Assembly (NCBI GenBank): GCA_963779685.1
Contig: CAVZZG010000001.1
Coordinates: 411,458-475,457 of the forward strand
Length of the DNA stretch: 64,000 nucleotides
Direction: 5' to 3'
Origin: an uncultured Actinomycetes bacterium
GTDB lineage: Bacteria; Actinomycetota; Thermoleophilia; Gaiellales; F1-60-MAGs149
Under the pieces are notes generated by a model. That model was not told where the DNA came from. It saw only the letters and a list, made by a program, of their open reading frames with translations, and searched no databases. Position numbers and translations under genes: made by a program. This document shows positions 1-8,801 of this stretch, in pieces (the stretch's first letter is position 1; every line of letters starts with the position of its first letter).

Positions 1-1
1 C

Positions 2-79
2 TGGCAGGGCTACTGCTTCCACGAGGACGGCCTGCGCTCCGGTCTCGCCGCTGCGGCCGCCTTCGGAGCGAGCTGGTGA
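2..79 (+). CDS. 3' end of NAD/FAD-dependent (amine-oxidase-like) oxidoreductase; start lies upstream of window
   Basis: Frame open from window edge (...WQGYCFHEDGLRSGLAAAAAFGASW*). TGA 77-79 overlaps GTG 76 of the next gene (GTGA). Family call rests on the short peptide plus the usual position upstream of DUF1365 and CFA-synthase genes. Confidence 0.45.
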   Translation, partial: WQGYCFHEDGLRSGLAAAAAFGASW

Positions 80-810
80 GGTCGGCCCTCTACACCGGCA
101 CCGTGATGCACGCGCGCACGGCGCCGAGCGAGAACGTCTTCCGCTACCGCGTCTGCTTCTACCTGCTCGACCTCGACGAGCTCCCCGAGCTCGATCGGCG
201 CGTGCGGCTCTTCGGCTGGAATCGGCGCGGCCTGGTCAGCCTCCACGACCGCGACCACATGGACGTGCACGCCTACCTGGGCGAGCACGGGATCGAGGCC
301 GACCGGATCCTGCTCCTGACCAACCTGCGCGTGCTCGGCTACGTGTTCAACCCGGTCAGCTTCTTCTACTGCTATCAGGACGGCGAACTCTCCTGCATCA
401 TCGCCGAGGTTGCCAACACCTTCGGCGAGCGGCTCCCCTACCTCCTGTCGCCCGCGAACCAGGAGCGCGGCGAGCGCCGGCTCTCCTACCGTCACGACAA
501 GAGGCTGCACGTCTCGCCGTTCTTCAGCCTCGACCAGAGCTACCAGTGGTGGTTCTCGGAGCCCGGGGAGCAGCTCGACGTTCGGATCGACCTCACCGAG
601 GGCGGCGCGCGGCCGTTCTTCGCCACGCTCAACGGGCGTCGGCGGCCGCTGACCGACGCGACGCTCATCCGCGCCCTGCTCCGCTACCCGCTGATGCCGC
701 TGCAGGTGACGGTCCTGATCCACCTCCAGGCCGCGCGACTCTGGCTGAAGCGCGTGCCGTTCTTCCACAAGCCGCCGTTCGTACCCGGCGAGGGATCGGT
801 GAAGAGATGA
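76..810 (+). CDS. DUF1365 family protein
   Basis: Track ORF 76..810 (GTG). LYTGTVMHARTAPSENVFRYRVCFYLLDLDEL..FGWNRRGLVSLHDRDH is the DUF1365 N-terminal signature as I recall it. 4-nt overlaps with both neighbours. Confidence 0.85.
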   Translation: MRSALYTGTVMHARTAPSENVFRYRVCFYLLDLDELPELDRRVRLFGWNRRGLVSLHDRDHMDVHAYLGEHGIEADRILLLTNLRVLGYVFNPVSFFYCYQDGELSCIIAEVANTFGERLPYLLSPANQERGERRLSYRHDKRLHVSPFFSLDQSYQWWFSEPGEQLDVRIDLTEGGARPFFATLNGRRRPLTDATLIRALLRYPLMPLQVTVLIHLQAARLWLKRVPFFHKPPFVPGEGSVKR

Positions 811-2021
811 CCGGAGTCCTGCGCGACCTTCCCGCCGGCCGCCGGATCGGGGCCGGCCTCGCCGAGCGCGCCGCGATCCGCGCCCTTGGCCGGATCCAGC
901 ACGGCGCGCTCGAGCTCCGGCTTCCGGACGGACGGGTGCACCGGGCCGGGACGGGCGACCCGATCATCGTCACCGTCGTCTCGAACAACGTCTTCCGCCG
1001 GCTCGCGCGCTCTCCCGGTCTCGGCTTCGGCGAGTCGTACGCCGCAGGCGACTGGCACACCGACGACCTGCCCGGCCTGATCGCGCTCGTCGTTCGCAAC
1101 CTCGAGGCGTGGCGCGCCGGCTCGCGCCTCGCGCGGCTCGACCGCCACCGTCCCCACGTCTCCCCGCGACAGGGCCCGCGCAAGGCCCGGGCGAACATCC
1201 AGTACCACTACGACCTCGGCAACGACTTCTACCGGCTCTTCCTCGACGAGTCGATGACCTACTCCTGCGCGCAATGGGAGGAGGGCGACACGCTCGAGCA
1301 GGCGCAGGAGCGGAAGCTGCGGGCGATCTGCGAGAAGCTCGACCTGAACCCCGGCGACCACGTGCTCGAGATCGGCTGCGGCTGGGGCAGCTTCGCGCTG
1401 ATGGCAGCCGGCGAGTACGGGGCGCGGGTGACCGGCGTCACGCTCTCCCAGCAGCAGCACGAGCTCGCGCGCGAGCGCATCGCGGCTGCCGGCCTCGACG
1501 ACCGCGTCGATATCCTCCTCCAGGACTACCGCACGCTCGAGGGGCAGTTCTCGAAGATCGCCTCGATCGAGATGCTCGAGGCGATCGGCTACGCGCAGTA
1601 CCCGACCTTCTTCGCCGCGTGTGACCGCCTGCTCGCTCCCGGCGGCCTGGCTGCCATCCAGGTGATCGGGATGCCCGACCAGCGTTTCGAGCGCTACCGG
1701 CGCAAGGAGGACTGGATCCAGCGCTACATCTTCCCCGGCTCGCTGCTCCCCTCGCTCGAGGCGCTGCAGACGGCGATGAGCCGCGCCTCGGGCCTGATGG
1801 TGGTCGGGCTCGAGGAGATCGGGCCCGACTACGCAGACACGCTGAAGGCGTGGCGCGAGCGGTTCTTCGCGAGTCTCCCCGAGGTGCGCGCGCTCGGCTT
1901 CGACGACCGCTTCGTCCGCACCTGGGACTTCTACCTCGCCTCGTGCGAGGCGCTGTTCAGGACGCGCGCGATCCGCGACATGCAGCTCGTCCTCGGCCGG
2001 CCGTTCGAGGAGCCGGCATGA
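807..2021 (+). CDS. cyclopropane-fatty-acyl-phospholipid synthase family SAM-dependent methyltransferase
   Basis: In-frame ATG 807 inside track ORF 546..2021; the upstream 87 codons are Arg/Ala-rich read-through. Motifs VLEIGCGWG (SAM), FYRLFLDESMTYSCAQW, IQRYIFPGSLLPS. ATGA overlap 807-810. Confidence 0.9.
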   Translation: MTGVLRDLPAGRRIGAGLAERAAIRALGRIQHGALELRLPDGRVHRAGTGDPIIVTVVSNNVFRRLARSPGLGFGESYAAGDWHTDDLPGLIALVVRNLEAWRAGSRLARLDRHRPHVSPRQGPRKARANIQYHYDLGNDFYRLFLDESMTYSCAQWEEGDTLEQAQERKLRAICEKLDLNPGDHVLEIGCGWGSFALMAAGEYGARVTGVTLSQQQHELARERIAAAGLDDRVDILLQDYRTLEGQFSKIASIEMLEAIGYAQYPTFFAACDRLLAPGGLAAIQVIGMPDQRFERYRRKEDWIQRYIFPGSLLPSLEALQTAMSRASGLMVVGLEEIGPDYADTLKAWRERFFASLPEVRALGFDDRFVRTWDFYLASCEALFRTRAIRDMQLVLGRPFEEPA

Positions 2022-2938
2022 CGAGGATCAAGACCGTCCGGGAGCGGACGAGCGTCCCGAGCCAGCTCGCCGGGATCGTTGCCGTCGTCGTGCCGCCGCT
2101 CGGGCTCGTGGCCGCGGTCTGGCTGCTCTGGAACCGCGGCGTGCGCCCGGTCGACCTCGTGCTGCTCGCGTGCTTCTACGTGGCCTGCGGGCTGGGGATC
2201 ACCGTCGGCTTCCACCGGCTCTTCACGCACAGGAGCTTCGAGACGAGCGCGCCGCTGCGTGCGCTGTGGGCGATTCTCGGGAGCATGGCGATGCAGGGGC
2301 CGGTCACCCAGTGGGTCACCGACCACCGCAAGCATCACGCGCTCTCCGACCGACCGGGCGACCCGCACTCGCCGCACGCCGGGCACGGCGACTCGCTGGC
2401 CGAGCACGTGCTCGGGCTGTGGCATTCGCACGTCGGCTGGCTCTTCGCGACGAAGGGCCTCGAGCGCGGGGTCGAGTACGGACGCGACCTGTACGAGGAC
2501 CGGCTCGTGCGGGCGATCGATCGTCTCTACCTGCTGTGGGTCGCGCTCACGCTCGGGCTTCCGTTTCTCGCGGGATACCTTGCCGGCGGGAGCTGGCAAC
2601 GGGGCCTCGAGGCGCTGGTCTGGGCCGGCCTCGTTCGGATCTTCCTGTTCCAGCACGTGACGTTCTCGATCAACTCGATCTGCCACTTCTTCGGCGAGCA
2701 ACCCTTCCGCACCCGCGACGAGAGCCGCAACGTCCGGCTGCTGGCGATCCCGTCGTTCGGCGAGTCGTGGCACAACGGGCACCATGCGTTCCCGGCGTCT
2801 GCAGTCCACGGCCTCGAGCCCGGCCAGCTCGACATCTCGGCGCTCGTGATCCGAGGCATGGAGAAGATCCGCCTCGCGACCGCCGTCAAGCGCCCCGACG
2901 CACGGCAGGTCGAGCGGCGACGCGTCGTGGCCGAATGA
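2018..2938 (+). CDS. membrane acyl-CoA/acyl-lipid desaturase (His-box, DesA3/stearoyl-CoA desaturase type)
   Basis: In-frame ATG 2018 inside track ORF 1850..2938. Three His boxes (HRLFTH, HRKHH, HNGHH) and hydrophobic hairpins. ATGA overlap 2018-2021. Confidence 0.9.
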   Translation: MTRIKTVRERTSVPSQLAGIVAVVVPPLGLVAAVWLLWNRGVRPVDLVLLACFYVACGLGITVGFHRLFTHRSFETSAPLRALWAILGSMAMQGPVTQWVTDHRKHHALSDRPGDPHSPHAGHGDSLAEHVLGLWHSHVGWLFATKGLERGVEYGRDLYEDRLVRAIDRLYLLWVALTLGLPFLAGYLAGGSWQRGLEALVWAGLVRIFLFQHVTFSINSICHFFGEQPFRTRDESRNVRLLAIPSFGESWHNGHHAFPASAVHGLEPGQLDISALVIRGMEKIRLATAVKRPDARQVERRRVVAE

Positions 2939-4578
2939 CGCCGCCGCCAGAACCCGACCCGCCCGCCGGCGAGCCGTTAGCGCAGGACGAGCGCTCGACT
3001 CCCGCAGCGAAGAACCGCAACCGCTGGCTCGCCCTCATCGCGCTGACCATCGGCGTGGCGATGATCATCGTCGACGCGACGATCGTCAATGTCGCGATTC
3101 CGTCGATCATCCGCGACCTCCACATCGGGATCACCCAGGCCGAGTGGGCGAACTCGATCTACTCGCTGGTGTTCGCCGCGCTCCTGATCAGCGTCGGCCG
3201 CATCGGCGACGTGACGGGGCGCCGTCGCGTGTTCATCTGGGGACTCCTGGTCTTCCTCGCCGCGAGCGTGATCACCGCTCTCGCGCCCTCGGGAACCGTC
3301 CTCCTCGCCGGCCGCTTCCTCCAGGGGGTGGGCGGAGCGCTGATCCTCCCATCGACGCTCTCGATCGTGAACGCGACGTTCCGCGGTCGCGAGCGGGCGA
3401 TCGCCTTCGGGATCTGGGGCTCGGTGATCGGCGGGATGGCGGCGCTCGGCCCGCTCGCGGGCGGCTGGTTCGTCACCAACCTGAGCTGGCGCTGGGCCTT
3501 CTACGTCAATCTCCCGATCGGAGCGCTCGCGCTCGCCGGCGCCTTGGTCTACGTCGCCGAGAGCCGCGATCCGGACGCACGGCCCGGGTTCGATCCACCG
3601 GGCGTCGCGCTGTCGACCGCCGGCTTCCTCGGCGTGGTCTTCGGGCTGATCGAGGGGCAGACCTACGGCTGGTGGACCGCCCAGCGCGACTTCCTCGGCG
3701 TTTCTCCCGGTGGGTTGTCGGTGATCCCGTTCGCGTTCGCGCTCGGCGTGCTCTCGCTCGCGGGTTTCGTCCTCGTCGAGCGGCGGCGTGCGCTCGCGGG
3801 ACGTCCGGTGCTCGTCGACTTCGCGCTCTTCCGGATCCCGACCTTCTGCTACGGCAACGTCGCGGTCCTGATCGTCGGGCTCGGCGAGCTCGGGCTGGTC
3901 TTCGTGATCCCGCTCTTCCTGCAGTCGGTGCTCGGGCTCTCGGCCTTCCACACCGGGCTCGTGCTGACCGCTCTCGCCGGGGGCGCGTTCCTCGCGGGCG
4001 GGCTCGCCGCGCCGCTCACCCGCAAGATCGGGCCCCACCGGGTCGTGCAGCTCGGGCTCGCGATCGAGGTCGTCGGCATCGTCGCCGTCGGCCTCACGTT
4101 CTCCGCCGATCGCCCCGCCTGGCAGTTCTGCCCGCAGCTCTTCGTCTACGGGATCGGCGTCGGGTTCGCGACGGCGCAGCTGACGAGCCTCATCCTCGTC
4201 GACGTGCCCAGCGCCCAGTCCGGCGAGGGATCGGGGATCCAGAGCACGTCGAGGCAGGTCGGCTCAGCGCTCGGGATCGCGATCCTCGGCACCGCGCTCG
4301 CGAGCGGGCTCGCCTCCGGCACCAGCGCTCGCCTCGAAGCAGTCCCGTCGATCCCGCCTCCACAGCGCGCGGCCATCACGGCCGCCGTCGAGCGGAGCGG
4401 CGGAGCGGTTCTGCCCGCCTTCCGCCGCTCGCCACAGCTCCAGCCTGCGGTCGCGCCGGTCGAGGAGGCGTTCGTGGCGAGCGCGCGACGAGCCGCCTTC
4501 ATCGCCGCCGCGTTCGTCCTGGTCGGTCTCGTGGCCGCGTTCAGGCTACGGCCCGGCGGACTGGATGGGCCCGAATAG
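2935..4578 (+). CDS. MFS transporter, DHA2 (EmrB/QacA) subfamily
   Basis: In-frame ATG 2935 inside track ORF 2170..4578. WLALIALTIGVAMIIVDATIVNVAIPSI and GRIGDVTGRRRVF motifs, many TM segments. ATGA overlap 2935-2938. Confidence 0.9.
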   Translation: MTPPPEPDPPAGEPLAQDERSTPAAKNRNRWLALIALTIGVAMIIVDATIVNVAIPSIIRDLHIGITQAEWANSIYSLVFAALLISVGRIGDVTGRRRVFIWGLLVFLAASVITALAPSGTVLLAGRFLQGVGGALILPSTLSIVNATFRGRERAIAFGIWGSVIGGMAALGPLAGGWFVTNLSWRWAFYVNLPIGALALAGALVYVAESRDPDARPGFDPPGVALSTAGFLGVVFGLIEGQTYGWWTAQRDFLGVSPGGLSVIPFAFALGVLSLAGFVLVERRRALAGRPVLVDFALFRIPTFCYGNVAVLIVGLGELGLVFVIPLFLQSVLGLSAFHTGLVLTALAGGAFLAGGLAAPLTRKIGPHRVVQLGLAIEVVGIVAVGLTFSADRPAWQFCPQLFVYGIGVGFATAQLTSLILVDVPSAQSGEGSGIQSTSRQVGSALGIAILGTALASGLASGTSARLEAVPSIPPPQRAAITAAVERSGGAVLPAFRRSPQLQPAVAPVEEAFVASARRAAFIAAAFVLVGLVAAFRLRPGGLDGPE

Positions 4579-4649
4579 CCTCACAGCCGCGGGCCTGCGG
4601 CCGCCGCGCTGGCCTGCCCGGGTGGGTGGTGCTGTACATTTCGGCCTCT

Positions 4650-4844
4650 ATGCGTCTCACCTTCGCCTATCTCGACGCCGGCTCGGTCAGCATGTTCCTG
4701 ACGGCGGTCGCGGGCGGGGTCGCGGGCGTCGCCGTCTTCGTCAAGAGCTATGCCCGACGGCTGACGGGCCGGGTGCTGCGACGACCGGTCGACGCCGCCG
4801 AGCTGTCGCCAACGCCCGAGTCGCAGGCGCCCGAGCAGGGGTGA
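4650..4844 (+). CDS. small single-TM protein (hypothetical)
   Basis: ATG 4650 in the tail of track ORF 3144..4844: MRLTFAYLDAGSVSMFLTAVAGGVAGVAVFVKSYARRL.. then a charged tail. Its stop overlaps GTG 4841 of the next gene (GTGA). No family recognised; weak SD. Confidence 0.4.
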   Translation: MRLTFAYLDAGSVSMFLTAVAGGVAGVAVFVKSYARRLTGRVLRRPVDAAELSPTPESQAPEQG

Positions 4845-6247
4845 CCGCGCCGGATCCGGGTTCGTTCCGCGATCCGACGGGCCAGGTAGCCGTCAGCGAC
4901 GGCCGCGTGCTGCGCCTGCTGAGCGAGCGGGGGGCCGCTGACGCTCGTGCCGCCCTTGCGGCGCCGAGCGTGTCGGCCTCGATCGAGCGGGGCGATGTGG
5001 TCGGCACTGCGTGGGTGGAGCCACATGACGGGCCGGCGGAGCTTGCGGATGGTGCGGCGGTCGCGGCGGTGCTCGAGCATCCCCGGCTGCCGTTCGTCTC
5101 CTACCCGTACGAGTGGACGTTCGCGATGCTGCGCGACGCTGCATTGCTGACGTTGCGCCTGCTGCGCGAGACGGCGGCCGACGGCGTCTCGCTCAAGGAC
5201 GCGACCCCGTACAACGTGCAGTTCCGCGGTACGCGGGCGACCTTCATCGACGTCGGCTCCTTCGAGCCCGCGGCGGCGTCGGACCCGTGGTTCGGGCGGG
5301 ATCAGTTCTACCAGCTCTTCCTCTATCCCCTCATGCTCCAGGCCTATGCCGGCGCGGCCTTCCAACCCTGGCTGCGCGGGTCGCTCGAAGGCATCACCGC
5401 GCCGGAGCTCGACGGGATCCTGGCCGGCGCTCACGTCGGCTGGCGCAAGGGGCGGCTCGTGCACGTCAAGGCGACGGCCGCCGCGGCGCGCAAGCTGCGG
5501 ACGCGGACCGAGGCCGTCGAGGTCGAGACGCGCCGGCGCGGCATGTCCCGCGAGCTGCTCGTCGCGCAGTGGAAAGGGATCGAGCGCCTGGTGACGGGGC
5601 TCGAGTGGGAGGAGTCGCGCAGCGTCTGGAGCGAGTACGGCGCTCGCGGCCACTATGCGGACGGCGAGCTCCACGCGAAGGAGTGCTTCGTCGGGCGCGT
5701 GGCCGGCGCGCGGCAGCGGTCACTTGCCTACGACCTCGGCGCCAACGACGGCCGGTTCGCGCGGATCGCGCTCGAGCACAGCGACTACGTCATCGCCGCC
5801 GACGCCGATCGCCTCGTCGTCGACCGGCTGTACCGCGAGCTTCGCGCCCAGGGCGAGGAGCGCATCCAGCCACTGGCGGTCGATCTCGCCGATCCGTCGC
5901 CGGGGCTCGGCTGGGGCGGGGTCGAGCGGACATCGTTCACCGATCGCCAGCGGCCCGACCTGGTGCTCTACCTGGCGGTCGTCCACCACCTTGCGATCGG
6001 CCGTAACGTGCCCGTGGCGATGCAGCTCGACGCGTTGGCCCGGCTGGGCGGCGAGGTCGTGTTCGAGTTCCCGACCGAGGACGACCCCAAGGTGCGCGAG
6101 CTCCTGCTGCAGAAGCGCACCGGCCTGTTCGACGGCTACCGGCTCGACCACGTCGACGCCGCCGTCGCGGAGCGCTTCGAGGTACGGGCTCGTGAGGTGC
6201 TCGACGGCGGAACCCGCGTCCTCTACCACCTGTCCCCGTGGCGCTGA
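4841..6247 (+). CDS. two-domain protein, class I SAM-dependent methyltransferase-like (function unknown)
   Basis: GTG 4841 inside track ORF 4565..6247. N-terminal DPGSFRDPTG..FVSYPYEWTF..LKDATPYNVQF..FIDVGSFE domain plus a C-terminal Rossmann-like part (AYDLGANDGRF). Annotation recalled from similar proteins, not verified. Confidence 0.6.
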   Translation: MTAPDPGSFRDPTGQVAVSDGRVLRLLSERGAADARAALAAPSVSASIERGDVVGTAWVEPHDGPAELADGAAVAAVLEHPRLPFVSYPYEWTFAMLRDAALLTLRLLRETAADGVSLKDATPYNVQFRGTRATFIDVGSFEPAAASDPWFGRDQFYQLFLYPLMLQAYAGAAFQPWLRGSLEGITAPELDGILAGAHVGWRKGRLVHVKATAAAARKLRTRTEAVEVETRRRGMSRELLVAQWKGIERLVTGLEWEESRSVWSEYGARGHYADGELHAKECFVGRVAGARQRSLAYDLGANDGRFARIALEHSDYVIAADADRLVVDRLYRELRAQGEERIQPLAVDLADPSPGLGWGGVERTSFTDRQRPDLVLYLAVVHHLAIGRNVPVAMQLDALARLGGEVVFEFPTEDDPKVRELLLQKRTGLFDGYRLDHVDAAVAERFEVRAREVLDGGTRVLYHLSPWR

Positions 6248-8365
6248 TGGACGGCGGGCGACCACGGCGTATCGGCCTGCGCGAGTTCGGGTTGTCGACC
6301 GCCGGGATCATGGGAGCGGCGACGGCCGGCGTGGCGCAGCCGCTGCTCGACCTGTACGGGAAGAACGCCACCCTGTTCTCCGCGGCCAAGCTGCATGGCC
6401 GGTCGGTCGTGGAGTTCGCGTTGCTGGTGGCCCTCCTGGTGCCCGTCGGGTGGGTCGTTGTGGCCGTGCCGCTGGTGTTCCTGCCGCGGGTGTTCCGGAT
6501 CTGGCGGGCGATCGGAATCGGCATCGGGTTCGGGCTCGCGGCGCTCGTGTTCCTGAACTCGCACGACGTGCTCGCCCGCTACGAACTTCCCGCCGCGGCC
6601 CTGATCGCCATCGCGTCGGCCCTCCTGTACGAACGTCACCGGGCGCTGCGATCGGTCGCCGCGCTCCTGGGTCTGCTCGCTCCGGTGACCGTCGGCCTGT
6701 TCCTCGGCGCGTTCCTCGGTCGCGCACATCGCGTGGTCGGCGTCGGGCCGGAACGTGGCGATCCCGGCCGGCCAGATCAAGCACAAGCCGACCATCGTCT
6801 GGGTCGTGATGGACGAGACGAACCTCGCGATGCTGCTCGACCAGCAGCATCGCATCGACGCGTCGCGGTATCCACATCTCGCCGCGCTGGCGGCGACCTC
6901 GACGTGGTACCGCAACGCCGTCGGGATCGACAGCTTCACGCCGCGGGCGGTGCCCGGTCTGCTGGCCAGCCGCGACGGTGCGGGGTCGGCCTGGCCGACA
7001 CCCGCCGACTACCCGGTGAACCTGTTCTCGTTGCTGGCCGCCGCCTACCGGCTCGACGCCTTCGAGCCGGTGACCGACCTCTGTGCCGCCCCCTCGTGCC
7101 TGCCGAACGCCTTCCACGGCACCCGCTCGCTTCGGGCCTTCCTGCGCGACGCCTCGATCGTCTACGCCACCATGGCGCTGCCGTCGTCGCTCTCATCCCA
7201 CCTCCCGTCCATCACCAACAGCTGGGGCGGGTTCGCATCGACTGGCGCCGCGCCGCAGCAGGGCACCGTTCACCTCGATGCCAACCACATCACCCCGCTC
7301 GCGAAGCTCTTCGCGGCGCCGCACGGCCCGCAGCGGGAGCTCGCGACGGCCGCCGACTTCACCAGCCGGATCCGGCCCGGCGAGGCGCCGACGGTGCACT
7401 TCCTGCACATCCTGCTGCCGCACCGGCCCTGGCGGCTGACGCCAGACTCGTCCGACTACGGCGAGGACCACGGCACGCAGGCGCTGCCGAGGGCTCCGAA
7501 GGACCTCTGGCTGGCGCAGGATGAGGCGGCCCGGTTTGCGCTTCAGGCCGGTGCGGCCGACGCGATGATCGGCCGGCTGGTCGATCGGCTGCGCGCGACG
7601 AAGCTATGGCAGGGCACGTTCCTGGTCGTCACCGCCGATCACGGCATCAACTTCGAGCCCGGGATGACGGCGCGCCAGCCGGCCTCGGACGGCACCCTCG
7701 ACGAGCTGTACCGGGTGCCGTTGATCGTGCATGCGCCCGGGCAGGCGACCGGTGCCGTGTCCGACGCGCCGGCCTCGACCGAGGACATCCTGCCGACGTT
7801 GCTCGGCGTGCTGGGCGCGCCGCCCGTCCCGGGGGCTGCGGGACTGGACCTCGCGCAGCCGGTGCCGGCAGGTCGCAAGCGGCTGGTGTGGTCGGCCGGC
7901 AAGTCGTATCCCTTCCCGCCGGGCACGGCGACGATCGGGTCGCGCGTCGCCACCTATGCGCGGTGGTTTCCCCCCGCGGCCGCCGGGTGGGACCGGATCT
8001 TCGCGCGCGGCCCCTATCGCGGCCTGTTCGGTCGGGCCGTGGCGGCGGGTGCGGGTACCGCCGCCGGCTACCGGGTGCGGGTGCAGTTCCCGAATCCCCG
8101 CAAGCCGGTCGCGGACCAATCGGTCGGCGTCGTGCGGGTGGTCGTCGGCGCGCCGGCCGGCGCGCGTGTTGGGGACGGCACCGTGGTGGTCGCATCGGGT
8201 GGGCGGGTGGTCGGCTTCCTTGGCGGTGCGGGCGGGTCGACCGGCAGCGGCATCACTGTCGAGGGCGTGGTCGACTGGCGTCACGCCGGCGCGCCGGGCG
8301 GGTTGCAGTTCTACCTCGCCAGCGGCCCGGCCTCCGCTCCACTCCTCCAGCGCATCTCCGGGTAG
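6247..8365 (+). pseudogene. membrane-anchored sulfatase / alkaline-phosphatase-fold (LTA-synthase-like) enzyme, frame-broken as assembled
   Basis: Frame 1 (track 6238..7524) encodes hydrophobic helices up to about 6720 and then turns Arg-rich. Frame 2 (track 6755..8365) carries KPTIVWVVMDETN.. and ..VVTADHGINFEPG.. of the sulfatase fold. Frame 2 is closed by TGA 6686-6688, so a frame change between 6689 and about 6757 is needed. ATG 6247 overlaps the previous stop (TGATG). Confidence 0.65.
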
Positions 8366-8373
8366 CGGGACCG

Positions 8374-8748
8374 TCAGGCGGGGTCCTCGCCGAGAAACGT
8401 CTGGTCGAGCGTGCCCCGCTCGTGCGCCGAGACGACGAGCAGGGGCCGGTCGCCGACGTTGCGAAATCCGTGGCGCGTGCCGGGCGGGACGACCAGCAGC
8501 TGCTCGGGTTCGAGCTCGATCACCTCGTCGCCGACCGTCCACCGCCCGTGGCCGTCGAGGAGCACGAACGTCTCGGCGTACGGGTGGACGTGCAGCTCGA
8601 CGAACGCGCCGGGGGGTGTGCGCACCACGAACAGCGACACGTCCACGCCAGCCCGCGGATGGCCCTCGAAGAGCGCGGCCGTCGGACTCACCAGCAGGTC
8701 GGACAGGGCGAGGCGGACGGCACGGGGCGGATCGGGTGGTGTCGGCAT
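8374..8748 (-). CDS. cupin domain protein
   Basis: ATG 8748 inside track ORF 8374..9414, with GGGAGGG upstream. Cupin motifs ..FVELHVHPYAETFVLLDGHG.. and ..PPGTRHGFRN.. Confidence 0.8.
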   Translation of the reverse strand: MPTPPDPPRAVRLALSDLLVSPTAALFEGHPRAGVDVSLFVVRTPPGAFVELHVHPYAETFVLLDGHGRWTVGDEVIELEPEQLLVVPPGTRHGFRNVGDRPLLVVSAHERGTLDQTFLGEDPA

Positions 8749-8801
8749 GGGCCCTCCCAGCGGTCGTCGGTGAGGGACGATCTTAGCCCTGCCGAAACCG
8801 G

